A DNA stretch of 64,000 nucleotides from Haliotis rufescens (Eukaryota). A program made the position numbers and the translations under genes. The notes beneath the pieces were generated by a model, which saw only the letters and a list, made by a program, of their open reading frames with translations, was not told the DNA's origin and made no database searches. The stretch covers positions 1,550,001 through 1,614,000 of the forward strand of contig NW_025964279.1 in assembly GCF_023055435.1 (NCBI RefSeq), written 5' to 3'. Shown here piece after piece: positions 62,568 through 64,000 of the stretch (its first letter is position 1; every line of letters starts with the position of its first letter).

Positions 62568-62682
62568 GTGAGTTAATGGTTTACGCCGCTTTTAGCAATA
62601 TTCCAGCAATATAACGGGAATCGAACCCGGGTCTTTGGCGTGACGAGCGAACGCTTTAACCACTAGGCTACCCGGCCGCACC
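62568..62682 (-). mobile_element. SINE family A with internal deletion
   Basis: 13-bp TSD GTAAATATGATGA. Confidence 0.9.
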
Positions 62683-62754
62683 GTAAATATGATGAAGTGG
62701 TAAATATATGTTTTCAAGAAGCTGCAGATGGTCCCTATGAACGCGTTAACATGG

Positions 62755-63000
62755 AGGGAACGTTGGTTGTTGAAGTTGAAGTCATTCATCTTGGCTTGTG
62801 AAGATGTGTCTCTAGATCAGGCGGGTGAATCAGTGGAAGGGAGTTGGTTATTTCACCATTGTTGAATGATATGAGATCATCGATTTAGGTGGAGCTTTAG
62901 TTAAATTGTATGGCAAAATTTCCGTGTTTTAGTTCAACCAATCCGAACAGAATTTCAGATTCATGTGCATAAAGAAACAGATCAAAAGAGAAGGGAGCAA
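62755..63000 (-). mobile_element. Penelope-like RT core relic
   Basis: APFSFDLFLYAHESE..FAIQFN*SST*IDDLISFNN..LIHPPDLE, then NDFNF; matches the PLE pattern APLLADLFLYSYE..FRYIDDVLSLNN..IYPxELE..DDFNF. Confidence 0.82.
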
Positions 63001-63182
63001 ACAATTGACACATTTCACATCCATAAGCAACAGATCTCGTCATAGAAATAACGGCAACCTGCTACTCGGAGTTTCTCTTGGAATGACAAATTAGATCTCA
63101 GGAGTTACCCCCTTTGTGTTATTGTTCCACCTTGGAGTGAGTGAGTGAGTGAGTGAGTGAGAGAATGAATTTTAAGTGAGTG

Positions 63183-63351
63183 NNNNNNNNNNNNNNNNNN
63201 NNNNNNNNNNNNNNNNNNNNNNNNNNNNNNNNNNNNNNNNNNNNNNNNNNNNNNNNNNNNNNNNNNNNNNNNNNNNNNNNNNNNNNNNNNNNNNNNNNNN
63301 NNNNNNNNNNNNNNNNNNNNNNNNNNNNNNNNNNNNNNNNNNNNNNNNNNN
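63183..63351. other. Assembly gap (N-run) inside (GAGT)n
   Basis: 169 N. Confidence 1.
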
Positions 63352-63663
63352 AGAGAGTGAGTTTTAAGTGAGTGAGTGAGTGAATTTTAAAGCCGCTTTT
63401 AACAGAAGGTGAATATTTCAGTAATGTCGAGGCGAATCAGGTATTTCTGAGAGGAAAGCCCGAAGTGAAGCAGGTGTGCGTGTGTGTGGCTGCTTGTACT
63501 AGTCCGGACTAATGTGTGTTAGCCCCTTAATGTCGTGCATCAGGTAGGGTAACAACAAGTACCATATGTAAAGTTAACGTTTTTTGGTTTGAACCGGACG
63601 GGGATCGAACCCAGGATCTTCCGCTCTCCGGGCGGACGCCCTACTACTTGACCACGGAGACGG
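63352..63663 (-). mobile_element. Degenerate family B 3' part abutting a deleted family D SINE (63474-63663)
   Basis: GAGGAAAGCCCGAAGTGA (B), then GGCTGCTTGTACTAGTCCGGACT..GACCACGGAG (D). Confidence 0.75.
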
Positions 63664-64000
63664 TGCATGAAATAAAGTTTCAAACACATGTATGCAGTGT
63701 ATATCTCAACAGCATCATGCCACATAAATAAAGATTAAAATACAGTTTGTGTTCCAGAAATCCGCGTGTGTAGTCATAACTTTCTGTGGGTCTTGTGTAC
63801 AAATGTGACAAGTAATGCACCATGGTTATAGAGGCATCTTGTTGGAATCGATGTCAGAGAAGTTGCCGCAGTTGTACAGATGAACTTAAGACACATATCT
63901 TGCATGTCTTATGTCAGATTTGGTATAAACATTTCACTACCATTCAGCACTGTTGTCACAGCTAACATTCATGGTGAGAAGGACTGAGAGAAATGTTCGC

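Noticed and set aside
48699-63351. N-gaps as biologically meaningful
   Set aside because: All three lie in or beside SINE microsatellite tails, typical of assembly difficulty.

Overview
Eukaryotic, AT-rich, repeat-dense non-coding DNA. The SINE and retroelement repertoire suggests a marine mollusc, possibly a gastropod such as abalone (inference). I cannot support any intact host protein-coding gene, rRNA, true tRNA or CRISPR array. The dominant structure is a head-to-tail array of exactly four ~7.7 kb units (11551-42261). All three internal junctions use the same breakpoint with a 4-bp TCAT microhomology, and the copies show mosaic (recombinant) variation. The rest of the window is transposon debris. 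(i) Four short retroposon families share one 3' tail. A has a tRNA-Asp-like head. B has an expanded tRNA-Leu-like head plus a V-domain. C has no Pol III head and begins with a predicted pseudoknot and a variable-number hairpin. D has a tRNA head plus a Meta/MESC domain. (ii) Three reverse-transcriptase fragments and many 3'-tail copies of a Penelope-like element whose ORF ends at the RT thumb (Naiad-type arrangement). (iii) L2 and RTE-X LINE fragments. (iv) Three Tc1 transposase relics, plus Harbinger-like and pogo-like MITEs. (v) Minisatellites and three N-gaps. The best candidates for undescribed biology are the structured RNA modules in family C and in the Penelope-like tail, and the apparently gene-less 7.7 kb array. 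All alignments were done by eye, so ends of degenerate elements are approximate.
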